Origin: a virus
DNA: 64,000 nt
Direction: 5' to 3' (one strand)
Virus record (IMG/VR): IMGVR_UViG_3300030516_000004
Every line of letters starts with the position of its first letter. Position 1 is the first letter of the stretch. Shown here in pieces: positions 44,939-55,209 of the stretch. Under the pieces are notes generated by a model, which saw only the letters and a list, made by a program, of their open reading frames with translations, was not told where the DNA came from and did not search any database. The position numbers were made by a program, and so were the translations under genes.

Positions 44939-45207
44939 TAGTTAGCCCCCTCAACCTGAACGCGGACATATTCGTCATGCTTCTGCACATCATCTGAAAG
45001 GTATTTGAAGTAACCAAATGCGCTGAATGCTAAAAGAACAAAAACACTCGCCATTACTAAGCCAGAATTAGAATGTCTAATCGCCTGCTTACGGTTCTGA
45101 TTCTTGATCAGCTTTGCTATTAATTGCTTTTCTGTCATAATCTTCTCACTCATTGAGTAATCCCCGTCGCCTGCAAGTGTTGGGGATTTTTTTATTGGGT
45201 AAAACAA
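44938..45207 (-). CDS. Single-TM protein (copy 2)
   Basis: Copy of 1613-1882. Confidence 0.7.
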   Translation of the reverse strand: MFYPIKKSPTLAGDGDYSMSEKIMTEKQLIAKLIKNQNRKQAIRHSNSGLVMASVFVLLAFSAFGYFKYLSDDVQKHDEYVRVQVEGAN

Positions 45208-45327
45208 ACTGTGTTATCACAATATAAAACAAAACGTTTTACAACGTCAAGAAAAATATAAAACAAAATGTGTTATTTTTTTGAGGCACAAAAAAACCGC
45301 CTGAAGGCGGCATTTGCTTCTAGTTAA

Positions 45328-46023
45328 TTAGTCGTAGTGGATATCTTGCATAGGCAGAGTAGGGTAATCATTTACATGGCGACTAGGCGGAACTATATCA
45401 GTTACGGCCACAATAGCCTCAACATCGTCCATTTCAAAAGTAGTTCTTTTCTCACCATTAACAGCTAACAAGTGAAGAACATCGTTTACAATGCCGATGA
45501 ATTCCTTAACTGTACGACGCCCATCTTTAAGTTGAACTTCTACAAATTCTGTTGGGGTTGGGTCTGCATCTGGGTCGCATACAATGTACCAGCCATTGCG
45601 TATCGCAGGATACATTGAATCACCCGTACCTCTGACTGCATAAGCATTCACACCTGCTGTAAGTGATGGTACATAACCATCTCCGCCATTTCCACCATAC
45701 CCCATTTCTGTATAGTAGCCATCATACCCCATCTTGCTATAAGACTTCACTGGCACCCATCCTCCGACTCTTCCTGAGAGGGAAATTTTATTTTCATTAA
45801 AGACCTTTTCTATTTTTGGACTACCAGTTCCAGAAAGTATCCAACCATAATCCAACCCTAATTTTTGTGAAACTTGTAATCCACCTTTTTTAGATATGCC
45901 TCGTTTATCCCAGTTGTACACAAGTTGGGAATCAACATTCAGTAGAGAGGCTAGCGAGTTGGCATTCAAACCTGTCTCATCATAAATGCGCTCCATGGTT
46001 GGGTGTAGCTCTTTATCACTCAT
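45328..46023 (-). CDS. cI: CI-like repressor (copy 2)
   Basis: Copy of 2003-2698. Confidence 0.92.
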   Translation of the reverse strand: MSDKELHPTMERIYDETGLNANSLASLLNVDSQLVYNWDKRGISKKGGLQVSQKLGLDYGWILSGTGSPKIEKVFNENKISLSGRVGGWVPVKSYSKMGYDGYYTEMGYGGNGGDGYVPSLTAGVNAYAVRGTGDSMYPAIRNGWYIVCDPDADPTPTEFVEVQLKDGRRTVKEFIGIVNDVLHLLAVNGEKRTTFEMDDVEAIVAVTDIVPPSRHVNDYPTLPMQDIHYD

Positions 46024-46152
46024 AACAAAACAACCTAAAACAATTAATTAAATTTTCTCAAAAAAAACACAATCTGTGTCAAACAAAATGATTGACCGTT
46101 CAAACAAAACGTTTTATATTTATAAAACAAATTGTTTTATGCGGATTTACTT

Positions 46153-46344
46153 ATGGATTCAATCGATGCAGACCGCGCCCTGATTGAAGCAAATGGCGGA
46201 GCTTCAGCACTGGCGCGAAAACTCAAATATAGGACTCAACGCGTCCAAAACTGGACCGTTCGAGGCATACCGCCAAAAGAAAAACTTTTACATCCAGAGA
46301 TTTTTATGAAAAAGAAATCTCGATCTAAAGCACTAGCTGCTTAG
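46153..46344 (+). CDS. cro: Cro-like protein (copy 2)
   Basis: Copy of 2828-3019. Confidence 0.85.
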   Translation: MDSIDADRALIEANGGASALARKLKYRTQRVQNWTVRGIPPKEKLLHPEIFMKKKSRSKALAA

Positions 46345-46354
46345 GAACTAAACC

Positions 46355-46717
46355 ATGAGCAAAGTATCAACCGAATTGAGTGCAAGTGCGAGAAATAGCA
46401 TTACAAGGGTTTTACGCATACTTGCAAACAGCAATAACTCCCAAATTGCTGAAAAGTTGGGATTAGATCCAACTACATTTTCTAGATTTAAAAATGACAA
46501 GAAAAACAATGGCTTGTCAGATATTGAGAATGTTTGCGCAATGTTGGATTTGCTTGAATTAAAAATCGTACCGAAGAAATACAAGTTAATTCACAAGGAA
46601 AAGTTGGCAGCGCTTTTGAATCTTTCAAAGGCTTATATGGGACGCCTAGGTTCAGTCGATGATCTTTTTCAAGATGACATCGAAGACTTTGGGATTAATG
46701 AAGAACTCGGATATTAA
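46355..46717 (+). CDS. CII-like regulator (copy 2)
   Basis: Copy of 3030-3392. Confidence 0.75.
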   Translation: MSKVSTELSASARNSITRVLRILANSNNSQIAEKLGLDPTTFSRFKNDKKNNGLSDIENVCAMLDLLELKIVPKKYKLIHKEKLAALLNLSKAYMGRLGSVDDLFQDDIEDFGINEELGY

Positions 46718-46775
46718 AAAACCGCTTCCTGCGCGAACAGGTTAGCGGTCGTATTCATCAATTAGGAACCAATGA

Positions 46776-47249
46776 ATGAAGACAAATTTAGCACAAGTAG
46801 CACATAAACAGCAAATAGAACCTAAGCACTCTATTTTTCACTGTGATTTATGCAAAAACGAAGTCAGCTTTGCCCCGAATGGGTTCAGCATTGACGATAT
46901 TACGTTTTGCCTTGATTGCGCTAGAAGAATTGCTTTTGGATATCTTGAGCATATTGATTGTAGATATCAGGCTGATTATCAGCAATCACGTTTCAAAGCT
47001 GAAATGGAATATCAGGCAGCCATAAATCCAAATCAGTACAAGAAGAAAAAGATTGGTCAATCTTTGCGTATGCAGGTTTATGAGCGGGATGGTTTTAAGT
47101 GCATTACTTGTGGAACTCAAAAGAACTTGACGCTTGATCATATCAAGCCAGAGGTTCTAGGTGGAGAATCTACAATTGAAAACCTCCAAACGATGTGCAA
47201 GCCGTGCAACTCAAGAAAAGGAGCTAGATATGTCGAAGCTTCTAATTAA
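46776..47249 (+). CDS. HNH endonuclease (copy 2)
   Basis: Copy of 3451-3924. Confidence 0.9.
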   Translation: MKTNLAQVAHKQQIEPKHSIFHCDLCKNEVSFAPNGFSIDDITFCLDCARRIAFGYLEHIDCRYQADYQQSRFKAEMEYQAAINPNQYKKKKIGQSLRMQVYERDGFKCITCGTQKNLTLDHIKPEVLGGESTIENLQTMCKPCNSRKGARYVEASN

Positions 47250-48108
47250 TGAGTCACCCTTGCAGGTACAGCCTTCTCTAGCAATGGCTATAGGCTTGAA
47301 TGAAGCAATTTTCTTGCAACAGTTGCATTATTGGGTTGGCGCTTCGCGTTTTGTACGTGACGGCAAAAAGTGGGTTTATAACACCTATTCTGACTGGTTA
47401 CTTCAACTTAAGTACATGTCACTGCCAACCTTAAAGCGCACTATTAAATCACTTAAAGACCAAAAATTGGTACAAGTTGAGCGCTTTGAAAAGCTTCGTT
47501 CAAACCAAGTTAATTTTTATGCAATTGATTATGAAACTTTGGCAATTATTAGCGAAAACATTGCTCAAGCTATTGATTCTATTGATCAGCTCAAAATGAG
47601 CCAATCGATTAGCTCAAATTGCACCAATGCAGTAGCTCAAAATGAGCCAATCCATCAGCTCAAAATGAGCCAATCTCCATTAGCTCAAAATGAGCCAATG
47701 TATACAAGAGAATACCAAGAGACTACTCAAGAGATTAACAATAAAAAGGGTAAACCAAAATTCACATTGGAAGACGCATGTTCAGTTGAATTGCCAGAAG
47801 GTGTTAATCGTGATCTTTGGGTTGGTTATATCGAAATGCGTTTTAGCATGAATAAAAAACCTACCCAAAAGGCAGTTGAGTTATCTCTTAAAAATCTTCA
47901 GAAATGGGGATCAGAGAAAGCAAACCAATCTCTTGAAAACTCAATTACAAGCAACTGGACTGGATTATTTGAACCTAAGCAAGCGGTTCACACATACGTT
48001 AAAACCAAGACAGCTTTGGACAACAAAAACGTAAACCAAGCTTGGGAACAAACCCAAACTCATTACGAGCCTGTTGAACAAGTAGAGCTAGAGGAGTGGA
48101 TGGTATGA
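47230..48108 (+). CDS. Replication initiator (copy 2; iterons at 47588-47699)
   Basis: Copy of 3905-4783. Confidence 0.85.
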   Translation: MSKLLINESPLQVQPSLAMAIGLNEAIFLQQLHYWVGASRFVRDGKKWVYNTYSDWLLQLKYMSLPTLKRTIKSLKDQKLVQVERFEKLRSNQVNFYAIDYETLAIISENIAQAIDSIDQLKMSQSISSNCTNAVAQNEPIHQLKMSQSPLAQNEPMYTREYQETTQEINNKKGKPKFTLEDACSVELPEGVNRDLWVGYIEMRFSMNKKPTQKAVELSLKNLQKWGSEKANQSLENSITSNWTGLFEPKQAVHTYVKTKTALDNKNVNQAWEQTQTHYEPVEQVELEEWMV

Positions 48109-48848
48109 ATGCAATGTTCAATACAGAAATTCTTCAAAGCAAAACTGTTTGCCCTGAACACAAGACTCAAATGATTGTGATGTTTGGTCGCGAGACTTGT
48201 CCAGCATGTGCAGTTGAGTATGTGAAATCTTCAAACAAAGAGCATGCAAAACAGGTAAACCAAGCTGTACGTGAAAAACACTTTGCAGGGGCAATGCTTC
48301 CAAAGCGTCATGAGAATTCAGGATTTAGAAATTACACCACTGAATTGCCAGGACAAAAGAACGCATTACTTCAAACAGCTAGTTATGCAAAGAAAATCGT
48401 AAATGGCGATGTAGTCAATCTTGTGATGGTTGGAAGTACTGGAACAGGCAAAACACATTTGTCATGTGCTACGGCTCGCACGCTACTCGCAAAAGGCAAG
48501 TATGCACGCTACATCACGTCTGAAGACATGGCTCAAAAGATTATGAAGGCTTGGGATAAGGATACCAAGGATCAATCTGAAGCATCAGTAATCTACGAGT
48601 TCACTCAATATGATTTGCTCATCTTGGACGAGTACGGATTGCATGACCGTGAGAAGCGCTTAGAGCTTGTTCATAAGGTTCTTTACTCACGTTATGACGA
48701 TGCAAAGCCAACAATGCTTATTTCAAACATGACACTAGATCAACTCAAAGCAGATCTAGGGGATCGTCTATGGTCTCGTTTCCAACATGGCGGCTTAACT
48801 GTTGTTGAGTGCAATTGGAATGATGGGCGAGTAGGAGGTGCGGCATGA
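48105..48848 (+). CDS. DnaC-like helicase loader (copy 2)
   Basis: Copy of 4780-5523. Confidence 0.92.
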   Translation: MNAMFNTEILQSKTVCPEHKTQMIVMFGRETCPACAVEYVKSSNKEHAKQVNQAVREKHFAGAMLPKRHENSGFRNYTTELPGQKNALLQTASYAKKIVNGDVVNLVMVGSTGTGKTHLSCATARTLLAKGKYARYITSEDMAQKIMKAWDKDTKDQSEASVIYEFTQYDLLILDEYGLHDREKRLELVHKVLYSRYDDAKPTMLISNMTLDQLKADLGDRLWSRFQHGGLTVVECNWNDGRVGGAA

Positions 48849-49255
48849 CTCTATCAGAAATCAGAGACCAATTAGCTGTAGTAGCTGAGCGTAATGGTCG
48901 TCCACCGTATGACGTATGTGTGCTTAAAGCAGTCCGCTTTGCTGTGGAGAGCGGTACAGAACATCCGCTTAAAGAGCATCTGAATATTAAGCAGCCTGTA
49001 GTGATTGCGAAAGTTGAAAAGAAATCACCAGTGCCGAAAGCAGGGCCAAAAGTTCCACAGGCTTCAAAAGAAGAAATTAAAGAGCTTTGTGACTGGGTAT
49101 CAGCGAAAGTTGGCAGACAAAATCAGCTTGCTGTTATGGCTGGTACTTCACATTCAATTATCTGGCGTGTGCGTAAGTCTAGAGCATGTACAAAGCGCTT
49201 ATACGAGCAATTATTAAGAGCTAAAAATGAAATTATTGCAGGAGCTAGTGCATGA
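48845..49255 (+). CDS. Hypothetical protein (copy 2)
   Basis: Copy of 5520-5930. Confidence 0.75.
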   Translation: MTLSEIRDQLAVVAERNGRPPYDVCVLKAVRFAVESGTEHPLKEHLNIKQPVVIAKVEKKSPVPKAGPKVPQASKEEIKELCDWVSAKVGRQNQLAVMAGTSHSIIWRVRKSRACTKRLYEQLLRAKNEIIAGASA

Positions 49256-49725
49256 GAAAACAACGCAAACCAAATAAAGCTCAGCACTACCAACTCTCTT
49301 GGAATGTATTCAATGCAGTTGAAATCGTAGAGCAATACGAGAAGCAATCAGGTGATACGAGCGGTCAGTTGCCTTTACCGGTGCTTATGAAGATTTACCA
49401 AGGTTCATTACTCACAGCACTACAGTTTGGAACTATTCCGAATCATCAAACCTATGGCGTGACTTTCTTCGCAAAGATCAAGAAGGATTCAGGAGAGGAA
49501 GGGATTGTAGAACGTGGCTTTCGTATCGATACGCCAATGAAGCTTTCAGAGTTCATCAACGGTTATTCAGATTGTTATGTGAACAAAGGGCAAGGACTTA
49601 AAACCAAAGGCTGGAAAGGCGCTAAGGAAGAATGGCTGTCAATGATGGATGAAGAGTTCAAAGGCGATACATGTCTTGACGCTTGGGCAGTGGCTAATTG
49701 TTTGTATAAGGGGAAAGCGGCATGA
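49252..49725 (+). CDS. Hypothetical protein (copy 2)
   Basis: Copy of 5927-6400. Confidence 0.8.
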   Translation: MRKQRKPNKAQHYQLSWNVFNAVEIVEQYEKQSGDTSGQLPLPVLMKIYQGSLLTALQFGTIPNHQTYGVTFFAKIKKDSGEEGIVERGFRIDTPMKLSEFINGYSDCYVNKGQGLKTKGWKGAKEEWLSMMDEEFKGDTCLDAWAVANCLYKGKAA

Positions 49726-50006
49726 GCAGATTACAGGTAGGCGGTTTGGCTCTGAACTTGAATGATGGCGGTATAGTCACATTAGTTCAATTTATTGGTG
49801 AATGGCATGATCAAAAATATGGGCTTATCAAAGACTTATGGAAAGTAAAGTCTGATCAGTTCTGTGTGATGTCTAACAATGCATTAAGGATGGAGTTTGG
49901 TGTTCCAGCTAGTGAGTTGATTCCTCTAGGCGATGACAAAGGGATTGAACTCTACGGCTTTCGAGAAGAGATCATGACTAGACATGACAAGGAGTGCAGC
50001 CAATGA
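49722..50006 (+). CDS. Hypothetical protein (copy 2)
   Basis: Copy of 6397-6681. Confidence 0.75.
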   Translation: MSRLQVGGLALNLNDGGIVTLVQFIGEWHDQKYGLIKDLWKVKSDQFCVMSNNALRMEFGVPASELIPLGDDKGIELYGFREEIMTRHDKECSQ

Positions 50007-50452
50007 AACCAGAACAGTTTATTCGTGAGTTTGGGGTGGAGAAGGCGAGAGAGGTGGTTGAGGGTGCGCCAGGATTCCCAGTTTTCGGCTATTGCACTTT
50101 GACGGGCAACTACATTTTTAAAAGATCAAATGCTACTGCTTACTACCACAATGAAACTAATTCGTGGTCAGAAGATTACGCGATTGAGTTGATCTTATTG
50201 GAAGACCTCAAGCGCCTGGTGGAATCTCTTGACATCATCAAAGATTTAGGTGGGATGGAAAAGCTTACCCCCTATTTCATCACAACAGATAAGCATCTTG
50301 GTTACACGCATGTTCGCATGGTTGGGAATGGGAGATTGAGTTTTCTTGATGATTTCTGCGACTTCATTCCAGATGTTTCCATTTCAATTAAGCGTGTGAT
50401 GACTGCCATCCTTGACCACGAATCAATATACGGAGGCGGTGAAAATGCATAA
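50003..50452 (+). CDS. Hypothetical protein (copy 2)
   Basis: Copy of 6678-7127. Confidence 0.75.
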   Translation: MKPEQFIREFGVEKAREVVEGAPGFPVFGYCTLTGNYIFKRSNATAYYHNETNSWSEDYAIELILLEDLKRLVESLDIIKDLGGMEKLTPYFITTDKHLGYTHVRMVGNGRLSFLDDFCDFIPDVSISIKRVMTAILDHESIYGGGENA

Positions 50453-50648
50453 ATGTAATCACTGTGAAGCTGAACAATTAGTGAATTCATATGGTGGTCT
50501 TGCAGAAGCTAAAGCCTATATGACCCGTTACTTCAAGTTAAATTGCTGGTTAAGAAAGAAATATCCGAAAGTTGGCAGATTAATAACTAGCAAGATGAAT
50601 GAACTACAAAGCGCAATTGCAACTGTGGAAGGAGCCAGCCATGAGTGA
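50445..50648 (+). CDS. Hypothetical protein (copy 2)
   Basis: Copy of 7120-7323. Confidence 0.7.
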   Translation: MHKCNHCEAEQLVNSYGGLAEAKAYMTRYFKLNCWLRKKYPKVGRLITSKMNELQSAIATVEGASHE

Positions 50649-51015
50649 GTTTAAAGAGTTTGAACGTGGTCTTTGGGTTGTTTTTGATACTTCACGGCCG
50701 TATTGCCGCTTGTTGCCACCTTGCTTGATGAAATTTATTGAAGAAGTCGATGGTGATGCAATGGTTGAAACCCAAGGGCAGTGGAGCTTAGTTAGTTTGG
50801 CAGCATTAAAAATCGCATCTGAGGAAGAAATAGCAGCAGGCCACCGCATTGATAAAGTAGTTCCAGTTTATGCAGACGTTAAGTTTCCATACAGCGTTTT
50901 AACTGGTGAGCAAGTTGGCGCTGTTATGAATGTCACACATTTTGGCTGTGACCTCGGCGACGACTTCCCAATCGAAAACCACATTTCGCCAAACTGCAAA
51001 GTGAGAGGTGGGTGA
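50641..51015 (+). CDS. Hypothetical protein (copy 2)
   Basis: Copy of 7316-7690. Confidence 0.7.
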   Translation: MSEFKEFERGLWVVFDTSRPYCRLLPPCLMKFIEEVDGDAMVETQGQWSLVSLAALKIASEEEIAAGHRIDKVVPVYADVKFPYSVLTGEQVGAVMNVTHFGCDLGDDFPIENHISPNCKVRGG

Positions 51016-51114
51016 TTATGTGTCCATTTTGCGGTAGATCGAAAGGTGGATTGGTCTGTGGTTATTGCGGCTGGGTTCCAAAAGATAAGAAATTTAGTTT
51101 TATGGTGGTGAAGA

Positions 51115-51423
51115 ATGGATAAGTGTAGAGAAGAGTTTGAGAAATACATTCGTGATCAAAGCGGCTTCACAGCAGACTTTCAAATTGGATGTAATGGACA
51201 GTACAAATCCGACTTGATGCATTTCATGTTTATTACATGGCAGCACCAGCAAGCGAAAGTGGAGGAGCTGCAAAAGCGGGTGGATGCTGCAATTTCAAAT
51301 ATTGAGAAATTTTTTGATGAGCAGACACAGCAACCAACTCAGCGTGAATATGCAAACTTTATTGCTGATGTATTGCATGACTTGAAGTTAGAGCAAGCGC
51401 TCAAGGGGGAGGCAGATGTCTGA
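51115..51423 (+). CDS. Hypothetical protein (copy 2)
   Basis: Copy of 7790-8098. Confidence 0.75.
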   Translation: MDKCREEFEKYIRDQSGFTADFQIGCNGQYKSDLMHFMFITWQHQQAKVEELQKRVDAAISNIEKFFDEQTQQPTQREYANFIADVLHDLKLEQALKGEADV

Positions 51424-51640
51424 CTACATGCATATGACTCTTGAGCAGCTTCAACAGGAACATGCTGAGCTGCTTGCGTTTAATGAAGAATTGGATCGTC
51501 GTTGCAACGCTCATAAAGCAGATGCGCAAAAATATCAAACAAAGTGCTGGCACATCACAACGCTTCTGATGAATCCAGTTGATCAAGACATGACTTTGAA
51601 AGCAATCAGAACAGTGATTGAAAGGGTTGGTGAAGGATGA
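51416..51640 (+). CDS. Hypothetical protein (copy 2)
   Basis: Copy of 8091-8315. Confidence 0.75.
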   Translation: MSDYMHMTLEQLQQEHAELLAFNEELDRRCNAHKADAQKYQTKCWHITTLLMNPVDQDMTLKAIRTVIERVGEG

Positions 51641-51719
51641 ATAGAGGAACAGATTGGCCTTTCTTAATGATGGTTTTAGCTGGTGTATGCATATTCATTC
51701 TTTTAGTGAGAGGTGACCA

Positions 51720-52121
51720 ATGACCACATTCAAAGAGGCTCAAAGAATTAGATCAAAAAATGTGGCGCGTTCTCGCGTGCCACCTAAGTTTAAGAAGGCT
51801 GTCAGTAAAGGCGAGCAAATGCTTTGCAGCCAACTAGACCTCATGGAGATTAAATACGAGCAAGAGTTTCGTTTTAATCCGGATAGACGTTGGAAGGCTG
51901 ACTTTCGAATTGAAGGTTATCAAATCCTAGTCGAAGTAGAGGGTGGAGCATTTTGCAATGGTCGTCACACACGTGGTCAAGGCTACACGGATGATTGCGA
52001 GAAATACTCAACAGCAGCTGCAATGGGCTGGACTGTAATTCGTGGCACTACAAATCAAGTGAAAGAAGGTCTAGTGCTCAAGTGGATTGAACTAGCAATG
52101 GAAAGGGCGAAGGTGGCGTGA
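51720..52121 (+). CDS. PD-(D/E)xK endonuclease (copy 2)
   Basis: Copy of 8395-8796. Confidence 0.8.
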   Translation: MTTFKEAQRIRSKNVARSRVPPKFKKAVSKGEQMLCSQLDLMEIKYEQEFRFNPDRRWKADFRIEGYQILVEVEGGAFCNGRHTRGQGYTDDCEKYSTAAAMGWTVIRGTTNQVKEGLVLKWIELAMERAKVA

Positions 52122-52268
52122 TGGAAATCTTTTTAGCAATTCTTTTAGTGATATTTACTGTGTTTTCAGCGCCAAAGGGAGCTTTCGCTTGTATTGGTCA
52201 TGCACTAATTATCGTGGCTTTTCTTAGTGCAATCACAGTAATGCATATTTACGGTTAGGGGTAAGGGT

Positions 52269-52706
52269 ATGAATGCGGCAGTAGTAACACCAGTAATGGA
52301 TTGGAATAAATACACGATAGATGGATGGTTAGAGCAGTTCGGCGCTTGGTGTGAAACTGTGCGCATGAAAGGAGGTGATTTACCAGATGGTTTGCATATT
52401 AATCAGATTTATTGGTTGATGCGTGAGGCGGGGAAAGAGATGCCAAAAGGAAAGTCTTACATCCGTTGTGAGATCAATGATTTTGAAGCGGATCAAGTGC
52501 AAGCGCTTTTGCGCAGTATCTTTAAGTCTGATTCAGTGGATTATCAAGCCAAGTATGCAGTGATGTGCTTAATCAAGCATAAGGTAGAGAATCGCTCTCT
52601 TAGTGCAGTGGCAGCGCTAACAAATCAAAGTAAGCCAATTGCACACATGATGATTAATTGTGGTCGTTTCTTTATTCACTCTAGAGACAACCGGTTAAAG
52701 ATTTGA
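52269..52706 (+). CDS. Q-like antiterminator (copy 2)
   Basis: Copy of 8944-9381. Confidence 0.75.
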   Translation: MNAAVVTPVMDWNKYTIDGWLEQFGAWCETVRMKGGDLPDGLHINQIYWLMREAGKEMPKGKSYIRCEINDFEADQVQALLRSIFKSDSVDYQAKYAVMCLIKHKVENRSLSAVAALTNQSKPIAHMMINCGRFFIHSRDNRLKI

Positions 52707-52836
52707 GGACTATTGACTGGTATACCGCGTAATGCTATATTTCTGGTATAGTGCGCTTGAGTAGTCAGGTTCACTAGTATTAAAAGCTCATCATTCGATG
52801 GGCTTTTTTGTTGCCTATCGAAAAGTGAGAAGAAGA

Positions 52837-53163
52837 ATGGAAAACCAACATAAGCATATCAAGGGTTATCGCGAGTTAAGTAAAGAAGAAATTGACTTAA
52901 TGAATCGAATTAAAGAAAAAGGCGCTGAACTGCTTATGTTGCAGAATGAATTAGCAAATCGTTTAAGCACCGACTTAGAAGTTAAGCAGGCAGCAGCGAA
53001 GCGTGCACAATTAGCGCCAAATGATTTTGCAAGTCCTGAATGGCAAGAGTTTGAACGCTTCAAAGAAGCTGAACCTTTACGTTGGGCCGCAATTGGTCGC
53101 ACTGATATCCAAACAGGCATTATGGCTTTAGTTCGTGCTGTAGGACAGCAAGCAACTTTATAG
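52837..53163 (+). CDS. acb2: Acb2-like anti-CBASS protein (copy 2)
   Basis: Copy of 9512-9838. Confidence 0.85.
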   Translation: MENQHKHIKGYRELSKEEIDLMNRIKEKGAELLMLQNELANRLSTDLEVKQAAAKRAQLAPNDFASPEWQEFERFKEAEPLRWAAIGRTDIQTGIMALVRAVGQQATL

Positions 53164-53182
53164 GTGTTGCTAAGGAGGTCAC

Positions 53183-53296
53183 ATGCTCCGAATCATCAAG
53201 CAAGTATTCTGTTGGCATTGTTGGGAACATGAATTGGATTACAACAAAGACCCAATCAAAGAATGCAGAAAGTGTGGAAAGGTTAAAAGTTTATAA
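53183..53296 (+). CDS. 37-aa Zn-binding microprotein (copy 2)
   Basis: Copy of 9858-9971. Confidence 0.7.
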   Translation: MLRIIKQVFCWHCWEHELDYNKDPIKECRKCGKVKSL

Positions 53297-53305
53297 AGTT
53301 TGTAT

Positions 53306-53409
53306 TGCAATGTGCCAGAGAGGTTTAATGGTGACATATACAAGACGAGGTGTGTTTAGGTATATGCTGAAATACCACCCCGCCACAGGTTCAAATCCTG
53401 TCTTTGCAA
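53306..53409 (+). ncRNA. tRNA-like RNA (copy 2)
   Basis: Copy of 9981-10084. Confidence 0.7.
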
Positions 53410-53464
53410 TACTTTTTTATAGCCCCACCGATTGGTGGGGTTTTCTTTTTTGGAGAATAAGAAA

Positions 53465-53668
53465 ATGCGAATGAGTCGAGTATTGTTAGCTACAGCATTA
53501 GGAATGGCAGTAGCAAGACCACAGTTTGGAACCTTAAGCGCATTATCTGCCATGGGTGGTGAAACTTCTCCATTTGCATTTAAGCCGAAGCCAAATAAAA
53601 GCAAACCCAATAAATTAAGCCAAAAGAAGAAACGCCTTATTGCTCGTCGGCTAAATAAACATAAGTGA
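53465..53668 (+). CDS. Small basic protein (copy 2)
   Basis: Copy of 10140-10343. Confidence 0.65.
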   Translation: MRMSRVLLATALGMAVARPQFGTLSALSAMGGETSPFAFKPKPNKSKPNKLSQKKKRLIARRLNKHK

Positions 53669-53675
53669 GCTGCGT

Positions 53676-53846
53676 ATGGACACAATCGAAGCGAAGAAGA
53701 ATTTAAATGCATTGTGCAATGAAATAGAAAAGCTACAGAACCTTTCACGTGGTTTGATGACAGCAAAAGAAATGCTTGATATTGACGCGAAGATAAAGCG
53801 ACACAAAGACCAAGTGAAGAACATTAGAAGCAATCTTCATGTGTGA
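53676..53846 (+). CDS. 56-aa hypothetical protein (copy 2)
   Basis: Copy of 10351-10521. Confidence 0.65.
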   Translation: MDTIEAKKNLNALCNEIEKLQNLSRGLMTAKEMLDIDAKIKRHKDQVKNIRSNLHV

Positions 53847-54117
53847 TTCAAAGCGATTGAAGGCTATTCGGTTGTTGCCTTGTGTAGTTTGTGGAAGATC
53901 GCCAGTAGATGCAGCACATAGCAACCAAGGCGCCCATAATAAGGGATTAGGCATCAAGGCAGATGATAGTTATACAATCCCATTATGTAGGCAACATCAC
54001 ATCGAATATGACCAACTGAAAACAATGACAAGAGAACAAGCGGTAGAATGGTTTGATCGAATGTTAGAAAAGACAGACCGCATGCTTAATTTAAATAACA
54101 ATGAAGAGGTTTTCTAA
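53839..54117 (+). CDS. DUF968-like protein (copy 2)
   Basis: Copy of 10514-10792. Confidence 0.75.
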   Translation: MCDSKRLKAIRLLPCVVCGRSPVDAAHSNQGAHNKGLGIKADDSYTIPLCRQHHIEYDQLKTMTREQAVEWFDRMLEKTDRMLNLNNNEEVF

Positions 54118-54344
54118 TGGGAACTAAAGCAACAAAAGCTAAAATGATTGAACGAGCATTCGAGTTCGCAGAAAAGGTTATTGCTGAAAACCAGTGCATC
54201 ATAAATCATACCAATATCCCAGAAGTTGGAGCACGTGCTTCTGATCTGGTTGAATTAGCTAAATCATTTAAGCTTTTACTTTCGGATACACATGAAGATT
54301 TAATTGAGCTTGAAAATTACGGCAATGATGATTATCGTGGTTAA
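54117..54344 (+). CDS. Hypothetical protein (copy 2)
   Basis: Copy of 10792-11019. Confidence 0.7.
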   Translation: MGTKATKAKMIERAFEFAEKVIAENQCIINHTNIPEVGARASDLVELAKSFKLLLSDTHEDLIELENYGNDDYRG

Positions 54345-54462
54345 ACACCACATCTCGAGACTAACGTGAAAGACATCTATCTGTAATTAGGGATAGAGCA
54401 GTCTTAAGTCCTGAAATGCAGAGCCCGTCAGAAATGACGGGCTTTTTTATTGAGGTGTCAAA

Positions 54463-54945
54463 ATGGAATCAAGATTCACTATTAAGAACCATTGCGACAT
54501 CAACTATGTGACGAATTATTTAAACAAGAACCATTCGAAGGCAGCGACTGAGGGTAAGCCTTTAGTTGTTACTATTAAACCTGATGATAGAAATAGATCT
54601 AAAGCGCAAAACAGATTGTATTGGGATTGGCTGACAGAGTGGGCAAAGTTCCAAGGCTCAGACAAAGATTATGAGCATCTTTTCTTTAAATACACGTTGC
54701 TATCAAGAATCTTCTATCGAGATGGTGTAGGCGATTATCGCAAGACTTTCGACACTGTTAGAGCGCTAAAAGCAGAGAAACACCCCTTATATAATCAAGT
54801 GCGTGATAGCGTAACTACCCTTACAAGCACAAGAGATGCATCTACAAAGCAAATGTCAGAATACCTAAACGACATACATGCATTTTGCCTGAAACAAGGG
54901 TGTTATTTGGAAACGCCTGATGACCTTAAATATGCGTTGGAGTGA
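54463..54945 (+). CDS. ninB: NinB-like protein (copy 2)
   Basis: Copy of 11138-11620. Confidence 0.75.
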   Translation: MESRFTIKNHCDINYVTNYLNKNHSKAATEGKPLVVTIKPDDRNRSKAQNRLYWDWLTEWAKFQGSDKDYEHLFFKYTLLSRIFYRDGVGDYRKTFDTVRALKAEKHPLYNQVRDSVTTLTSTRDASTKQMSEYLNDIHAFCLKQGCYLETPDDLKYALE

Positions 54946-55202
54946 TTATGATTCCACTATATCCATTTCCACTTAATGAAGTCTGGAACAACTTGAGGAA
55001 CCAAAAAATGCAAAAAACAAATGAATCGGTTTTAGAGTGTGGGGCTATCCCGAAAGGCACAAAAGTTAAAATAGATGGCTGCCCATTTGTGTTGCAAGAC
55101 GATGTGAAAGTCGCAGCATCGCAAGAAATCGTAGACCTAGCAATTAAAAACCAAAACGATTTCGATAATGGAATCGGTGTTATTGGTGAAAAAAGTAAGT
55201 AG
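54942..55202 (+). CDS. Hypothetical protein (copy 2)
   Basis: Copy of 11617-11877. Confidence 0.6.
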   Translation: MIMIPLYPFPLNEVWNNLRNQKMQKTNESVLECGAIPKGTKVKIDGCPFVLQDDVKVAASQEIVDLAIKNQNDFDNGIGVIGEKSK

Positions 55203-55209
55203 GTGTTAA